58,958 bases of DNA from Octopus bimaculoides (GCF_001194135.2 NC_068988.1:6394882-6453839); one strand, 5' to 3'; positions 25,401 to 39,534 are shown, numbered from the stretch's first letter. A program made the numbers and translations. The notes: a model not told the origin generated them from the letters alone.

Positions 25401-26343
25401 GCAAACCGTACAAACAAATAAATTCTCAGAAAAAAAATATGATGAAATGAAGAAAATCGAAAAAAAAAAAACAATTATATTTAACATGATATAAAAAAGA
25501 AGACAAATTATAAAAGAATGCTAGAAGTTTCATAGTAAGGAATTGAAGTGTGTGATTGCTTGCGCTCTATTTAAATGAAACTAGACAATTTCTTTCAAAT
25601 TTGGTTTTCCCTTCTCACGCCCTCCCTTCTATATTCTTTAGGTTTATTTCCCTTGATGCTTTTGTCAATTTTCTTTCTAATTTTCTACTAACCGGAATTC
25701 CGGCAACAGCTCTCATTCAGTTAGCTTACAGTCATTCTAGTTTCGCTTTCGCTTTCGCTTACGTACATATGTGTGCATGTATAAATACGAGTACGTACGT
25801 ATAAATGCTCGTGTGGTGTTCATATAAACATACGTACATACATATATACACACGTATATATACAAAATTATATGTATATATATGTATAAATAATTGTGTG
25901 TGTATATATATATGTGTGTATCTTAATGTGTACATTTATATTATGTATGTTTGTATATATGTATAAATGTTTCTATATATGTTTGTGTGTATATGTATGA
26001 ATACATTTACACTGTTATGTACGTGATTTTTATTTTCTTTATTTATATTTTTTGGTCATTCGTTTATTTCCAAATCATCTTACTCGTCTTTTGTCATTAT
26101 TCTCTTGCCACCGAATTCTTCAAACAAACTCTTATATTTACCAGAAGCATCCTTAATCAAAGGCCAAACTCACTGGTAAAAAGAATATTGAAGGTGTAAA
26201 AGAGACAAGTAAGCAGATGTTATGAATGGATGTAGAAGCTTAGCGAGTAAGACTTCATATCATATATACATTTGATTGTGAATGCAATGGGGAAAAATAC
26301 ATTCATGCATACACATGTATATATATACATACACAGACACACA

Positions 26344-26440
<97 letters not shown>

Positions 26441-27265
26441 GGAGAGAGTGCGTAAGAGACAAGCAGAGAATGAAAGCAATAAGCTGAAAGAAATAGAAAA
26501 GGAAAAAGAAAAAAGGAAAAGTGTTGTGTGAAACAGAAAAATTAATGACAGAAACAGAGACATGTTAAAGGAAAAAGTAGAATGTTGTTTTGCTTGTTAG
26601 GCTAGCAATAAATCTGAGGCATTGCTTGTCAATGAGAAAACAATACTTTGAAGAAGTGCTTTTTGGTCGAAATGAAAAGATGTCGACTGTCAGCTTTGAT
26701 AAAGAAATCTCACCTTAGAGCAGAACATCGTTAACCGTAGAGTTCTGTGTTCGTTATAGAATAGATAATTGTGTTTCGCACAAGAGCTACTTGATTCTTT
26801 AAAGCATCCTGGCATCTCAACACAAGCGCTAACACGAGAATTATATATTATACCCAGTCGGTTTAGAGAAAGAGCAGATACATAAATTGTATCTCGCTTG
26901 CTTCTTTTCTTTATGTACGTATATATATNNNNNNNNNNNNNNNNNNNNNNNNNNNNNNNNNNNNNNNNNNNNNNNNNNNNNNNNNNNNNNNNNNNNNNNN
27001 NNNNNNNNNNNNNNNNNNNNNNNNNNNNNNNNNNNNNNNNNNNNNNNNNNNNNNNNNNNNNNNNNNNNNNNNNNNNNNNNNNNNNNNNNNNNNNNNNNNN
27101 NNNNNNNNNNNNNNNNNNNNNNNNNNNNNNNNNNNNNNNNNNNNNNNNNNNNNNNNNNNNNNNNNNNNNNNNNNNNNNNNNNNNNNNNNNNNNNNNNNNN
27201 NNNNNNNNNNNNNNNNNNNNNNNNNNNNNNNNNNNNATATATATATATAAACACATACGTACATA

Positions 27266-27300
<35 letters not shown>

Positions 27301-27481
27301 AGACACGCACACACGCACGCCCACACACACACACGCACACATCTGTCTACGTTTCTAGTCAATTGTGTATACGTGTATGTCTGTGTGCGCAACCATATTA
27401 TTTTTCCTCATCCGCAGTATGTTTCATACATATATATGCGTGTGTGTATGTGCTTGTATGTTTGTACATTTATGTACGTGA

Positions 27482-27520
<39 letters not shown>

Positions 27521-27559
27521 AAGACACACACACATACACACACACACACATATTGACAG

Positions 27560-28263
27560 AGTCAACTAGTGCCTTGCACAAGATGCCTTACAGTGTTCAG
27601 TTTCTTTACGTTCAAGGTTCAAATTCAGCCATTGTCAAATATAAATATATTTTACACCTTTCAGGTTTTTATAAGATGAAAAAGCAGACAAATAATTTGA
27701 TCCATATAATCTAGTGACCCTACTGACCTAATATTTGTGGCCTTGTGTCTAATTAAGCAGTATTTTTTCTGTTTTTATTCTTTTGATATTTTTTCTGAGT
27801 TCAATCCCGCCGATGTCGACTTTACCTTTTATGTTTTCGGAGTCGAAATCGATTAATGAAATCAATGGAATCGATTTGCCCTCTTCTCTTAAAATTTGAG
27901 GTCTTAAGCCTGTAATACAAAGGTACATCATTGGCGGCATGTTGGCAGAAACGTTAGCATGCCGAACAAAATGCTAGGCGGCGTTGCGTCAGTTTCAATT
28001 ACGATCTGAGTTCAATCTCCGCCGATGTCGATTTTGCTTTCTATCCTTTCTGAGTTGATAAGATAATTACTGATTGAAGATTTCGGCCAATGAAATCGAT
28101 TAGAACCTTCTCTTAAAATTTCAGGTCTTAAACCTCAAACAGAAAGAAATTTTATTGGCGGCGCGCTGGCAGAATCGTTAGCATGCTGGACAAAATGCTT
28201 AGCGGCATTTCGTCAACTTTTACCTTTTCCGAAGTCGACTTTGCCATCCGTCTTACGAGATCG
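27560..28263 (+). mobile_element. Head-to-tail array of SINE family B units (about 220-bp period, 3-4 units)
   Basis: Repeated GGCGGC..GCTGGCAGAA.CGTTAGCATGC..., TCTGAGTTCAA..CCGCCGA.GTCGACTTT core. Confidence 0.8.
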
Positions 28264-28738
28264 NNNNNNNNNNNNNNNNNNNNNNNNNNNNNNNNNNNNN
28301 NNNNNNNNNNNNNNNNNNNNNNNNNNNNNNNNNNNNNNNNNNNNNNNNNNNNNNNNNNNNNNNNNNNNNNNNNNNNNNNNNNNNNNNNNNNNNNNNNNNN
28401 NNNNNNNNNNNNNNNNNNNNNNNNNNNNNNNNNNNNNNNNNNNNNNNNNNNNNNNNNNNNNNNNNNNNNNNNNNNNNNNNNNNNNNNNNNNNNNNNNNNN
28501 NNNNNNNNNNNNNNNNNNNNNNNNNNNNNNNNNNNNNNNNNNNNNNNNNNNNNNNNNNNNNNNNNNNNNNNNNNNNNNNNNNNNNNNNNNNNNNNNNNNN
28601 NNNNNNNNNNNNNNNNNNNNNNNNNNNNNNNNNNNNNNNNNNNNNNNNNNNNNNNNNNNNNNNNNNNNNNNNNNNNNNNNNNNNNNNNNNNNNNNNNNNN
28701 NNNNNNNNNNNNNNNNNNNNNNNNNNNNNNNNNNNNNN

Positions 28739-29150
28739 TATACCGCCAGCATTGCCCAAACGACCTGAATATTAGTTTCAAGGTTCATCCAAGGCTGGGA
28801 CCACGATCCATACGTCCCCTGCTCAATTCAGGATCACAAGATATAGGTACACTGCGACATAATTTCTTTTCCTCAACAGGCCCTGCCCTGTTTAACATTG
28901 TCCCAAAACGGATCAAGGAGGAAAAGGATCCCATCACCTTGAAACGGAGTCTCGACAGATTTCTTCAAGGAATACCAGATAAGTCCCCCCCCCCACCATA
29001 CCTGGAGACAACTCACTCAACAAGAACTCACTACTTGAATTGACCAAGATACCACAAAACTGACTTTAAAAGGATTTAGATCATCTTATCAGGTGGTGTT
29101 ATTAAGTTAGACATGGCTTGGACCAATTTTTGGTCGAAACATATCTAAGT
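28739..29150 (+). mobile_element. 3' end of a CR1/L2-group LINE (ORF2 C-terminus plus 3' UTR)
   Basis: ...TLRHNFFSSTGPALFNIVPKRIKEEKDPITLKRSLDRFLQGIPDK, stop at 29041-29043. This is the typical ORF2 tail pattern (N.F...GP.LFN.LP..I......FK..LD.FL..IPD.P). The clade is not resolved. Confidence 0.7.
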
Positions 29151-29154
29151 TTAT

Positions 29155-29320
29155 CGTTTCCCGGATCGATAAATTATGCACCAGCGAAACACTAGGATCG
29201 ATATAATCGATTAGTTTCTTCCCCAAATTTTCAAGGCGTTGTGCCTTTAGTAGAAAGAATTACAGAATCGTTAGCACTTAGTAACATTTCATCCGTCTTC
29301 GTGTTCTGAGTTCAAATTCC
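29155..29320 (+). mobile_element. SINE family B fragments (3' part of one unit and head of the next)
   Basis: GATCGATAAATTATGCACCAG...CACTAGGATCGATATAATCGA...CAGAATCGTTAGCAC...TTCTGAGTTCAAATTCC. Confidence 0.65.
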
Positions 29321-29348
29321 GTGAGTGTGTGCGTGTTTGAGTTTGTTA

Positions 29349-29398
<50 letters not shown>

Positions 29399-30189
29399 NN
29401 NNNNNNNNNNNNNNNNNNNNNNNNNNNNNNNNNNNNNNNNNNNNNNNNNNNNNNNNNNNNNNNNNNNNNNNNNNNNNNNNNNNNNNNNNNNNNNNNNNNN
29501 NNNNNNNNNNNNNNNNNNNNNNNNNNNNNNNNNNNNNNNNNNNNNNNNNNNNNNNNNNNNNNNNNNNNNNNNNNNNNNNNNNNNNNNNNNNNNNNNNNNN
29601 NNNNNNNNNNNNNNNNNNNNNNNNNNNNNNNNNNNNNNNNNNNNNNNNNNNNNNNNNNNNNNNNNNNNNNNNNNNNNNNNNNNNNNNNNNNNNNNNNNNN
29701 NNNNNNNNNNNNNNNNNNNNNNNNNNNNNNNNNNNNNNNNNNNNNNNNNNNNNNNNNNNNNNNNNNNNNNNNNNNNNNNNNNNNNNNNNNNNNNNNNNNN
29801 NNNNNNNNNNNNNNNNNNNNNNNNNNNNNNNNNNNNNNNNNNNNNNNNNNNNNNNNNNNNNNNNNNNNNNNNNNNNNNNNNNNNNNNNNNNNNNNNNNNN
29901 NNNNNNNNNNNNNNNNNNNNNNNNNNNNNNNNNNNNNNNNNNNNNNNNNNNNNNNNNNNNNNNNNNNNNNNNNNNNNNNNNNNNNNNNNNNNNNNNNNNN
30001 NNNNNNNNNNNNNNNNNNNNNNNNNNNNNNNNNNNNNNNNNNNNNNNNNNNNNNNNNNNNNNNNNNNNNNNNNNNNNNNNNNNNNNNNNNNNNNNNNNNN
30101 NNNNNNNNNNNNNNNNNNNNNNNNNNNNNNNNNNNNNNNNNNNNNNNNNNNNNNNNNNNNNNNNNNNNNNNNNNNNNNNNNNNNNNNNN

Positions 30190-30277
<88 letters not shown>

Positions 30278-30387
30278 TATTCATCGATGTGTTCACATGC
30301 GGAATCGCACCGGAATACAGTGATGTTTAAAACTACTTTACGAAAAAATATTCATATTCAATCAGCTATGCGGAGACACTCATCCAA

Positions 30388-30442
<55 letters not shown>

Positions 30443-30444
30443 AC

Positions 30445-30502
<58 letters not shown>

Positions 30503-31454
30503 TTTGGGTGGGCGCGCGTTTGTGAAGGTCAAGATCACATGATCTGGTAGTCTCGGCAGAGGCGGTGGCGATTCGACCTTATTGTGTGTCTCCTCAGTAA
30601 AAGCTCAGTACTAGCTCCATTTTATAGGGATCAGCAAATTATTTATGGATACATGTTCATGGGATGCACGTAGAACAGCGAGAATGGAAACCATAGCATA
30701 TATATTCATTCTAGATACTTTAATACACAACAATATGGATAAATTAGGTTTTTCAAAACCAGAAAGGAGAAAACTGCTTTGAAGATTACAGATTCAATCA
30801 ACAGTGAAACTATAAGATTCTGTAAAACTTTTCAGAAGTTTATCATTTAAATATATATGAGAATGTCTAGATATGGAACTATATACATGAGAATATATAT
30901 ATAAAACAAAACATACAAATTTGCACATATACATACATGCATACATACATACATACATACATACATACATACATACATACATACATAATACAAATATACA
31001 TACATACATACATACAAAAATACCCTGTTGTTGATGTTGAAATTCCAATGAGGGAGAATTGGATCTGGGTTAGAAACCGGTTCTTTCTCTGTTGGCAAGA
31101 AACGTTGAAATAAAACTGAACAATGACATACATACATACCTACATACATTCATACATAAATACATATATAAATACATACATATATTTAAACAGCTATTCA
31201 TACATACGTATACACATTTTGAATGTGTTTGTCAGCCATGTTGTGTAAGAAATTATTAATCTACAAAATGAATACAAAAGAAAAACAGTTGAAATATTTG
31301 TGTTAGGAATATATTTTATTATTCATTATTCATTTGGTTGAAACTAGTTGTAAAGTATTTGTTGACGAGGGTAAATATCTAGGAATATCGATCGATCGAA
31401 TTACAACTTGAAAAATAACAGCAACAACAAAACCCGCCGCAGTATTAGCAATAA

Positions 31455-31480
31455 CATGACGGCGACGACGACGACGATGG

Positions 31481-31521
<41 letters not shown>

Positions 31522-31647
31522 GTGACGACGACGACGATGATGCCCACAACGATGATGATGACCACAACGATGATGACCGTGATGATGATGTTCGTGATGA
31601 CGTTGACGCTGATGATGATGTCGACGATGACGATGATAACGATGATA

Positions 31648-31681
<34 letters not shown>

Positions 31682-31683
31682 CC

Positions 31684-31727
<44 letters not shown>

Positions 31728-31767
31728 AGTGATGATGATGATGATGATGATGATGATGACCATGATA

Positions 31768-31809
<42 letters not shown>

Positions 31810-31819
31810 TTGATGAAAG

Positions 31820-31867
<48 letters not shown>

Positions 31868-32290
31868 GGATGATGATGATGATGATGATGATGAGGATGA
31901 TGATGATGATGATAATAACGATGATGATGATGAGGATGATGATGCTGTTGATGGTGGTGGGGCGAGGCGGGATGAGATTGTGACAGCAGTGATGGATGCT
32001 ATGGCTCTGGTGGTTATAATGGTGGTGGTGATGACAGTGATGACGTTCATGTTTGTGATGGTGGCGGTGATGAGGATGGTGGTTACCGGTGATGGTGACT
32101 AAGATGATGATGATGATGATGATGGTTGTAGAGGTCGTCGTGGTGAAGGTTGTGTTTCGGTGTTTTGTGGTGATGATGATGATAATGACGTTGATGGTGA
32201 TGATGCTGTTGATGATGACGATGATGTTAGGGATGGTGATGATGATGATGATGATGATAATGATGATGATGATGATGGTGATATCGCGAA
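31455..32290. repeat. Long degenerate (GAT)n/(GAC/GGT) tract
   Basis: About 830 bp of triplet repeats. Confidence 0.95.
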
Positions 32291-32674
32291 ACATTTTCTT
32301 CTTCCCTTTAAAATTTCTTCCTTTAATATTTAAAACTGCTTTTTTGTCATATTGTTCGTTTCTTTTCCTTTTTTTCATTTTTCTATTTTCTTCTTTTCAT
32401 ATTCGAACGCTGAAACAAAACATTCTTCCTCCCACCACTACCAACACTACCTACACCTTTATCTGCCTCCCTTCCTCTTCTTCTCTTTCTTCTTCTTCTT
32501 CATCTTCATTTTCTTCACATTCTCATTTTTCTTGTTGTTGTTGTTGTTGTTGTTATTGTTGTTGTTGTTGTTGTTGTTGTTCTTCTTCTTCTTCTTCTTC
32601 TTCTTCTTCTTCTCTGTTCTTTTAAGAAAATTTAATCAGTTTTAACAACATCAACAACAACAACAACAACAACG

Positions 32675-32737
<63 letters not shown>

Positions 32738-32935
32738 GTAATAGTAATAATCGTGATGATGCTAAAATATTATTGAACAGGTAAACAATTCTTATTAATA
32801 ATACATTTCTGATGGTTTCTCAGCGCTTGCGGTTCTTTTCATATATTTGCTAGAATAATTTTTATACACTCCTTATACGTTCTCATACGTCTGTCTATCT
32901 AATCTATGCTTGTACGTAAGCATGCATGAATATAT

Positions 32936-32994
<59 letters not shown>

Positions 32995-33415
32995 TGCAGG
33001 CTTACGTCCATACATATATGTGAGCGTATATATGTATGTCTGTATGTATATATACACATATATATGTGTGTATATATATATAAATATATATATATATANN
33101 NNNNNNNNNNNNNNNNNNNNNNNNNNNNNNNNNNNNNNNNNNNNNNNNNNNNNNNNNNNNNNNNNNNNNNNNNNNNNNNNNNNNNNNNNNNNNNNNNNNN
33201 NNNNNNNNNNNNNNNNNNNNNNNNNNNNNNNNNNNNNNNNNNNNNNNNNNNNNNNNNNNNNNNNNNNNNNNNNNNNNNNNNNNNNNNNNNNNNNNNNNNN
33301 NNNNNNNNNNNNNNNNNNNNNNNNNNNNNNNNNNNNNNNNNNNNNNNNNNNNNNNNNNNNNNNNNNNNNNNNNNNNNNNNNNNNNNNNNNNNNNNNNNNN
33401 NNNNNNNNNATATTT

Positions 33416-33461
<46 letters not shown>

Positions 33462-33571
33462 CATACATACGTATGTATATATATGCTTGCGTGTGTCTGT
33501 ATGTGTTTGTGTGTGCGTTTATGCTTGTGTGTGTGTATATATGTGCGTATGTATGTATGTATGTATGCATG

Positions 33572-33602
<31 letters not shown>

Positions 33603-34218
33603 GCATGTATGTATAATTTGTGGAGGAATACGCAGTGTAATATTCCTATTTTCTTTAAAATGTGCCAAGAATTACTCTTCGGTGTATCGTTTTGCAAACT
33701 GGCAAGGAAAAAAATGAAAAACAGGAATACGATATATTTTTATTAAATAAGGATGTACTCATTTCTATATAGAATATTATACACACACTCACACACACAC
33801 TCCTTGTCTCTCTATCTCTGTCTCTGTCGCTATTTCTCTCTCTCTCTCTCTCTCTAACTCTTTCTCTCTCCCACATGCATATCTGCGTTGCTGAATGAAG
33901 TATTTTTACATGCACTCACATACGTACCTATGTCCACATACACACGTACGCAAATAAACAAAGACTGAATTTTATGAAATACTTCTTTGAAAGACGTAAC
34001 AGCTGTTTCGAACCCACACCGTACAGGTATGATGATCGCCTGACCGATTCTTATCTTATCTTCCCACTTATGTCCTTTGCCGCTTAGCGAGTCAACGCTA
34101 TCGCTTGACTGCAGGATCAACACAGCGGCTCAAAAACCAGCTGTAAACCACCTTGAAGAGAAAGCGTATAAATTTTTCTAAGACATGACAATCAGGCGCT
34201 TATTTTATTGAGTTATTG

Positions 34219-34490
34219 TTGGCGAGAGTCGTTGCTTGGCTTCGTGGTTATGTTATTCAGCTTTCGATCGTAAGGTCATGAGTTCAGTTCCTCACAGTGC
34301 ATTATTTCTCGTTGCTCCACTCCACTCAGCTGGCAAAAACGAGTATTTGTTACCCTGAATCTCCCAGAGACCTCCGTTAAGGAGACGCGTGTCTGTGGAG
34401 TGTTCAACCACTTGCACGTTAATTTCACGTATAGGCTATTCCGTTAATCGGATCAACTGGAACGCACATCCCTCGTAATCGATAGAATGC
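34219..34490 (+). mobile_element. SINE with divergent head and family C tail
   Basis: Tail GTGTCTGTGGAGTGTTCAACCACTTGCACGTTAATTTCACG...GATCAACTGGAAC equals the reverse complement of the left end of 2881-3259. Confidence 0.7.
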
Positions 34491-34607
34491 GATTACACCA
34501 AAAATACTATTTCATCGTTAATTTTCAATGTTTCCTAAAATCCAGAAATACAGTCGTGGAGAAAAGTTTGGAACAGAGGTCTGTAAGATTAGAATTTTTA
34601 TATTAAA

Positions 34608-34726
34608 TGCCCAACCACATGGTTCCAGGTTCAGTCTCACTCCAAGTGTCTTCTACAATAGCCTCGGGCCGACTAAAGCCTTGTGAGTGGATCTGGTAGA
34701 CGGAAACTGAAAGAAGCCCGTCGTAT
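34608..34726 (+). mobile_element. SINE family A, 5' part (with deletion)
   Basis: Matches 19590-19720. Confidence 0.8.
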
Positions 34727-35005
34727 ATATATATATATATATATNNNNNNNNNNNNNNNNNNNNNNNNNNNNNNNNNNNNNNNNNNNNNNNNNNNNNNNN
34801 NNNNNNNNNNNNNNNNNNNNNNNNNNNNNNNNNNNNNNNNNNNNNNNNNNNNNNNNNNNNNNNNNNNNNNNNNNNNNNNNNNNNNNNNNNNNNNNNNNNN
34901 NNNNNNNNNNNNNNNNNNNNNNNNNNNNNNNNNNNNNNNNNNNNNNNNNNNNNNNNNNNNNNNNNNNNNNNNNNNNNNNNNNNNNNNNNNNNNNNNNNNN
35001 NNNNN

Positions 35006-35038
<33 letters not shown>

Positions 35039-35040
35039 TA

Positions 35041-35240
35041 CTTTTATTCTTTTATTTGTTTCAGCCATTTGCCTGCAGCCATGCTGGAGCACCGCCTTTA
35101 GTTGAGCAAATCGACCCTAGGTTTTATTCTTTGTAAGCCTAGTACTTATTCTATCGGTCTCTCTTTGCCGCCGAGCCACTAAGTTACGGGGACGTCAAGC
35201 GATGTTGTCGGGGACACAAACACAGACACACAAACATATA
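35041..35240 (-). mobile_element. SINE family A, 3' half
   Basis: Matches 39832-40050 and the reverse complement of 50620-50867. Confidence 0.8.
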
Positions 35241-35252
35241 CATACATACATA

Positions 35253-35296
<44 letters not shown>

Positions 35297-36162
35297 TTGA
35301 GACACAAATACATTCGGACACTCAAAGACAACACTCACACACTTATAATTCTGAGTGCATTGTTGAATTGATAGAGAATGACATGTAACTTGATAGGAGA
35401 ACGCGCGACATATAGAAAGATAGAGATTCAAAGACAATGAAGTATGAATGAAGTAGGAGCTATGATAAGAACTGGGGTAGGATTGGAAAGAGAGAAGGGG
35501 TGAGAGAGAGCGAGAGAAAGAGAGAGAGAAGCAAAGTGTAGAAAAAATATCCCAAGATCAGAGCATTATAAAATGTATAAATTCTTTAATAAATAAATTC
35601 TTTTCTGTATATTTTCTAGATACGTTTTATTCGAAAACTAAAACTCAAAACGCCATACATACAGCCGTACACATATATACACACATGTATACAAATATAT
35701 ATATACAAGCATTATGTATATTTTTATACACCAACAATTAATACCTGTACATATACACACAAGCACCAGGCACCAGGATTTTTCGTCTTCTTTGAGTGTT
35801 TTTTTTGTTTTTGTTTTGATGTTTTGGTAATAATGAAACCTCGTAATTGATTCTGCCAAGAATTTTCCGTCGATTCATTCATTTCTATGGAACTGGAACA
35901 AGTCCAATATTCGGTTTTGAATAATCGTGGTGGTGGTGGTGGTGGTGGTGGAGGAGGAGGTTAGGGTGAGTGTTGTTGGGTAGGGTGGGATGGGGTGATG
36001 GAGGTGTTGTTGTTGGTGGTTGTAGTGGTGATAGTAGTAGTGGTGGCGCAGGTTGTTGTTGTTGTTGTGGTGTGATAGTGGTGTGGTGGTAGTAGTGATG
36101 GTGATGATGATTACGATGAAGATGAAAATGATGACGAAGGTGATGATGATGATGATGATTAC

Positions 36163-36206
<44 letters not shown>

Positions 36207-36207
36207 C

Positions 36208-36243
<36 letters not shown>

Positions 36244-36369
36244 AGCAATATTAATAAAAATCATAATCGTGATTTGTTATCGATATTAGGATGATGATGA
36301 TGATGCTGATAATGATAACAAAAGTAGCATTAGCAACAACAACAACAGTAATAATAATATCTTTTGTAC

Positions 36370-37170
36370 TCTAAGCACAAAGCCCGAAATTTGGGAGGAA
36401 AGGGCCAGTCGATTAGATCGACCCCAGCAGGCAACTAGTACTTAAATTATCGACCCCGAAAGGATGAAAGGCAAAGTCGATCTCGGCGGAGTTTGAACTT
36501 AGAAAGTAAACACAGACGAAATACCGCTAAGCCTTTCGTCCGGAGTGCTAACGATTCTGGCTGTTCGCCGCCTTACACCGCACAAGAATCCTTTCTACTA
36601 CAGGCACAAGGCCTGAAATTTGGGGGAAGGGAAGAGACGATTATATCAACCCCAGCACTCAACTGGTACTTAATTTATCGACCCCGAAAGTATGAAAGGC
36701 AAAATCGACCTCGGGTGGAATTTGAACCCAGAACTTAAAGACGGACGAAATGCCGCTAAGCGTGCTAACGACTCTGCCACCTCACCGCATCATGGTCTTC
36801 ATGATAATAATAATAATTGTCTTTTGTAATAAAAGCACAAGGCCTGAAATTAGGCGAGAGAGAACTAGTCTATTACATCCGTCAAATGCTCAACTGGTAC
36901 TCATTTTATCGACTCCGAAAGGATGAAGGGCAAAGTCGACCTCAGCAGAATTTGAACTCAACTTAAAACGGACGAAATGCCGCTATGCATTTTGTCTGGC
37001 TTTCTAGTACTTCTGACAGCTCACTGCCTTCAATAATAATAATAGTAATAATAATAATAATATTGATGATGATGACGATAATAATAATGGTTTCAAGGGC
37101 AGCAATATTTGGGGAGGGGATGAGTCGAGTACATCGCCAGAAGTGTTCAACTGGTACTTAATTTATCGAT
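36370..37170 (-). mobile_element. Head-to-tail array of four SINE family B units
   Basis: Core AACTGGTACTTAATTTATCGACCCCGAAAGGATGAAAGGCAAAGTCGACCTC recurs at about 36435, 36660, 36890 and partially 37150. Confidence 0.85.
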
Positions 37171-37239
37171 ATAAACGTTATTGGATTAGAATATATCAGC
37201 GAGGTTGGCACAATATTGTTGTCAATTGTGGCTAAAATT

Positions 37240-37368
37240 ACATATGTACATATACATACACATATAAAGAAAAACAAATATGGAAAGATATATATATATA
37301 TGCGCATTTATGTATACATATATGTGAGGGTATATATGTGTCTATATAAGCATTTATAAATATATGTG

Positions 37369-37414
<46 letters not shown>

Positions 37415-37608
37415 AACGTTTATATGAGTAAATATATATGTTTGTATAAACATATATGCATATATGCATGTATATATATATATATACGTATATATATATA
37501 TATATATATACACACGCATATATATGTATGTATATATATGTGTAGGTGTGTATCATGCGTATAAGTGCACATGTATATATAGATGTACGTCAGTGTATGC
37601 ATGTATCA

Positions 37609-37681
<73 letters not shown>

Positions 37682-37787
37682 CATACATACACATATATAT
37701 ACATACACATATATAGATATATATTATACACACACACACATATATATATATATACATGCACTTATATACATATATATTATATTGTAT

Positions 37788-37818
<31 letters not shown>

Positions 37819-37820
37819 CT
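37240..37820. repeat. (TA)n-rich compound microsatellite
   Basis: Direct repeat runs. Confidence 0.9.
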
Positions 37821-38030
37821 TACACTTAGAGATAAAGTGAGAGATGCATACACACTTATATATATGTCTGAGTGTGTGCGTGTGTGTGTGGATGTTTATG
37901 TGCATGTGCATGTGTGTGTACCGGTGTGTGTGTGCGTGTGTTCAGTTGTATATGCAGTTTGTTGTAATGACAATAATGATATTATTGCTAATATTTCTTT
38001 TATAATTCAACTTACTTTTTATTTTTTTAC

Positions 38031-38070
<40 letters not shown>

Positions 38071-39029
38071 GTTGTTGTTGTTGTTGTTGAAAAAGAGAAA
38101 AATATTGTTCTTCTTGTCATTCTGTCAGATGGCAATCTTGGAAAATATATTTCTGTTTTACCAATTATGTATTTCCTAGGAATTACATATCCATACACAC
38201 ATGCGTGCCATACATACACATGTGAATATTAAGAGACAGACGTACATACATACAAACATACATGTGCACGTACATACATGCACAGTGGCATTCACACCCA
38301 ACACGTGCGTGCACACACACTTATATATATATGTATATATGTATATATATATATATATATNNNNNNNNNNNNNNNNNNNNNNNNNNNNNNNNNNNNNNNN
38401 NNNNNNNNNNNNNNNNNNNNNNNNNNNNNNNNNNNNNNNNNNNNNNNNNNNNNNNNNNNNNNNNNNNNNNNNNNNNNNNNNNNNNNNNNNNNNNNNNNNN
38501 NNNNNNNNNNNNNNNNNNNNNNNNNNNNNNNNNNNNNNNNNNNNNNNNNNNNNNNNNNNNNNNNNNNNNNNNNNNNNNNNNNNNNNNNNNNNNNNNNNNN
38601 NNNNNNNNNNNNNNNNNNNNNNNNNNNNNNNNNNNNNNNNNNNNNNNNNNNNNNNNNNNNNNNNNNNNNNNNNNNNNNNNNNNNNNNNNNNNNNNNNNNN
38701 NNNNNNNNNNNNNNNNNNNNNNNNNNNNNNNNNNNNNNNNNNNNNNNNNNNNNNNNNNNNNNNNNNNNNNNNNNNNNNNNNNNNNNNNNNNNNNNNNNNN
38801 NNNNNNNNNNNNNNNNNNNNNNNNNNNNNNNNNNNNNNNNNNNNNNNNNNNNNNNNNNNNNATGTGATATATATGTACTTTAAAAATATATGTATCTAGC
38901 GGCGCGTTCGTGCGGGTGTGTGTAGGCGTGTGTGTGAGTGAGTGTGTGTGTGTGTGTTTCTATTTGTATATCTGAAGAACAGTCTCATATGTGACTAGCC
39001 CTATCTGTTTCGTGTATACGTTGATAATG

Positions 39030-39063
<34 letters not shown>

Positions 39064-39534
39064 AGAAATTATATATTTTCTTCTCCGTTCGGGAAGCCAT
39101 GTTTTTGCAAGTTATGGCAGCCATATTATTCTCGTCTCTCAAGGGAGGTAATCGAAACGTTACACTATTAGCAACCAAAAACCGAGCCTCGTCGTTAAAT
39201 TAGTTTAGACTCGTTATCGAATAAATTGTCTGTTAATATTGGATTAGAAGCTCTGTGTCTGCCACACATCCATTATATCTACAATTGATTTGCATCGATA
39301 GATGAGATGCCTTGTGGGGTGGGGCAGCGGAAAGAGATGGTCGGGGTGACCCGAGGGGGTGGGGCGTGGTGGCGCTGGTGTTAATCATGATTATCGATGT
39401 GCATGATCAAACTAATTATAATGATGGTGATCAACTTCGTCGCTATTAGTGCAGCTGTCGTCGCCGTCGTATTCGCCGTCGTTGTCGTTGTACCCTTTGT
39501 TGTTGTCATCGTTATCATCGTCGTTGTCATCACC

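Noticed and set aside
31040-31100. GAAACCGGUUC palindrome resembling hammerhead stem III (similarly GAAACAGCUGUU near 34000, minus)
   Set aside because: No CUGANGA core upstream.
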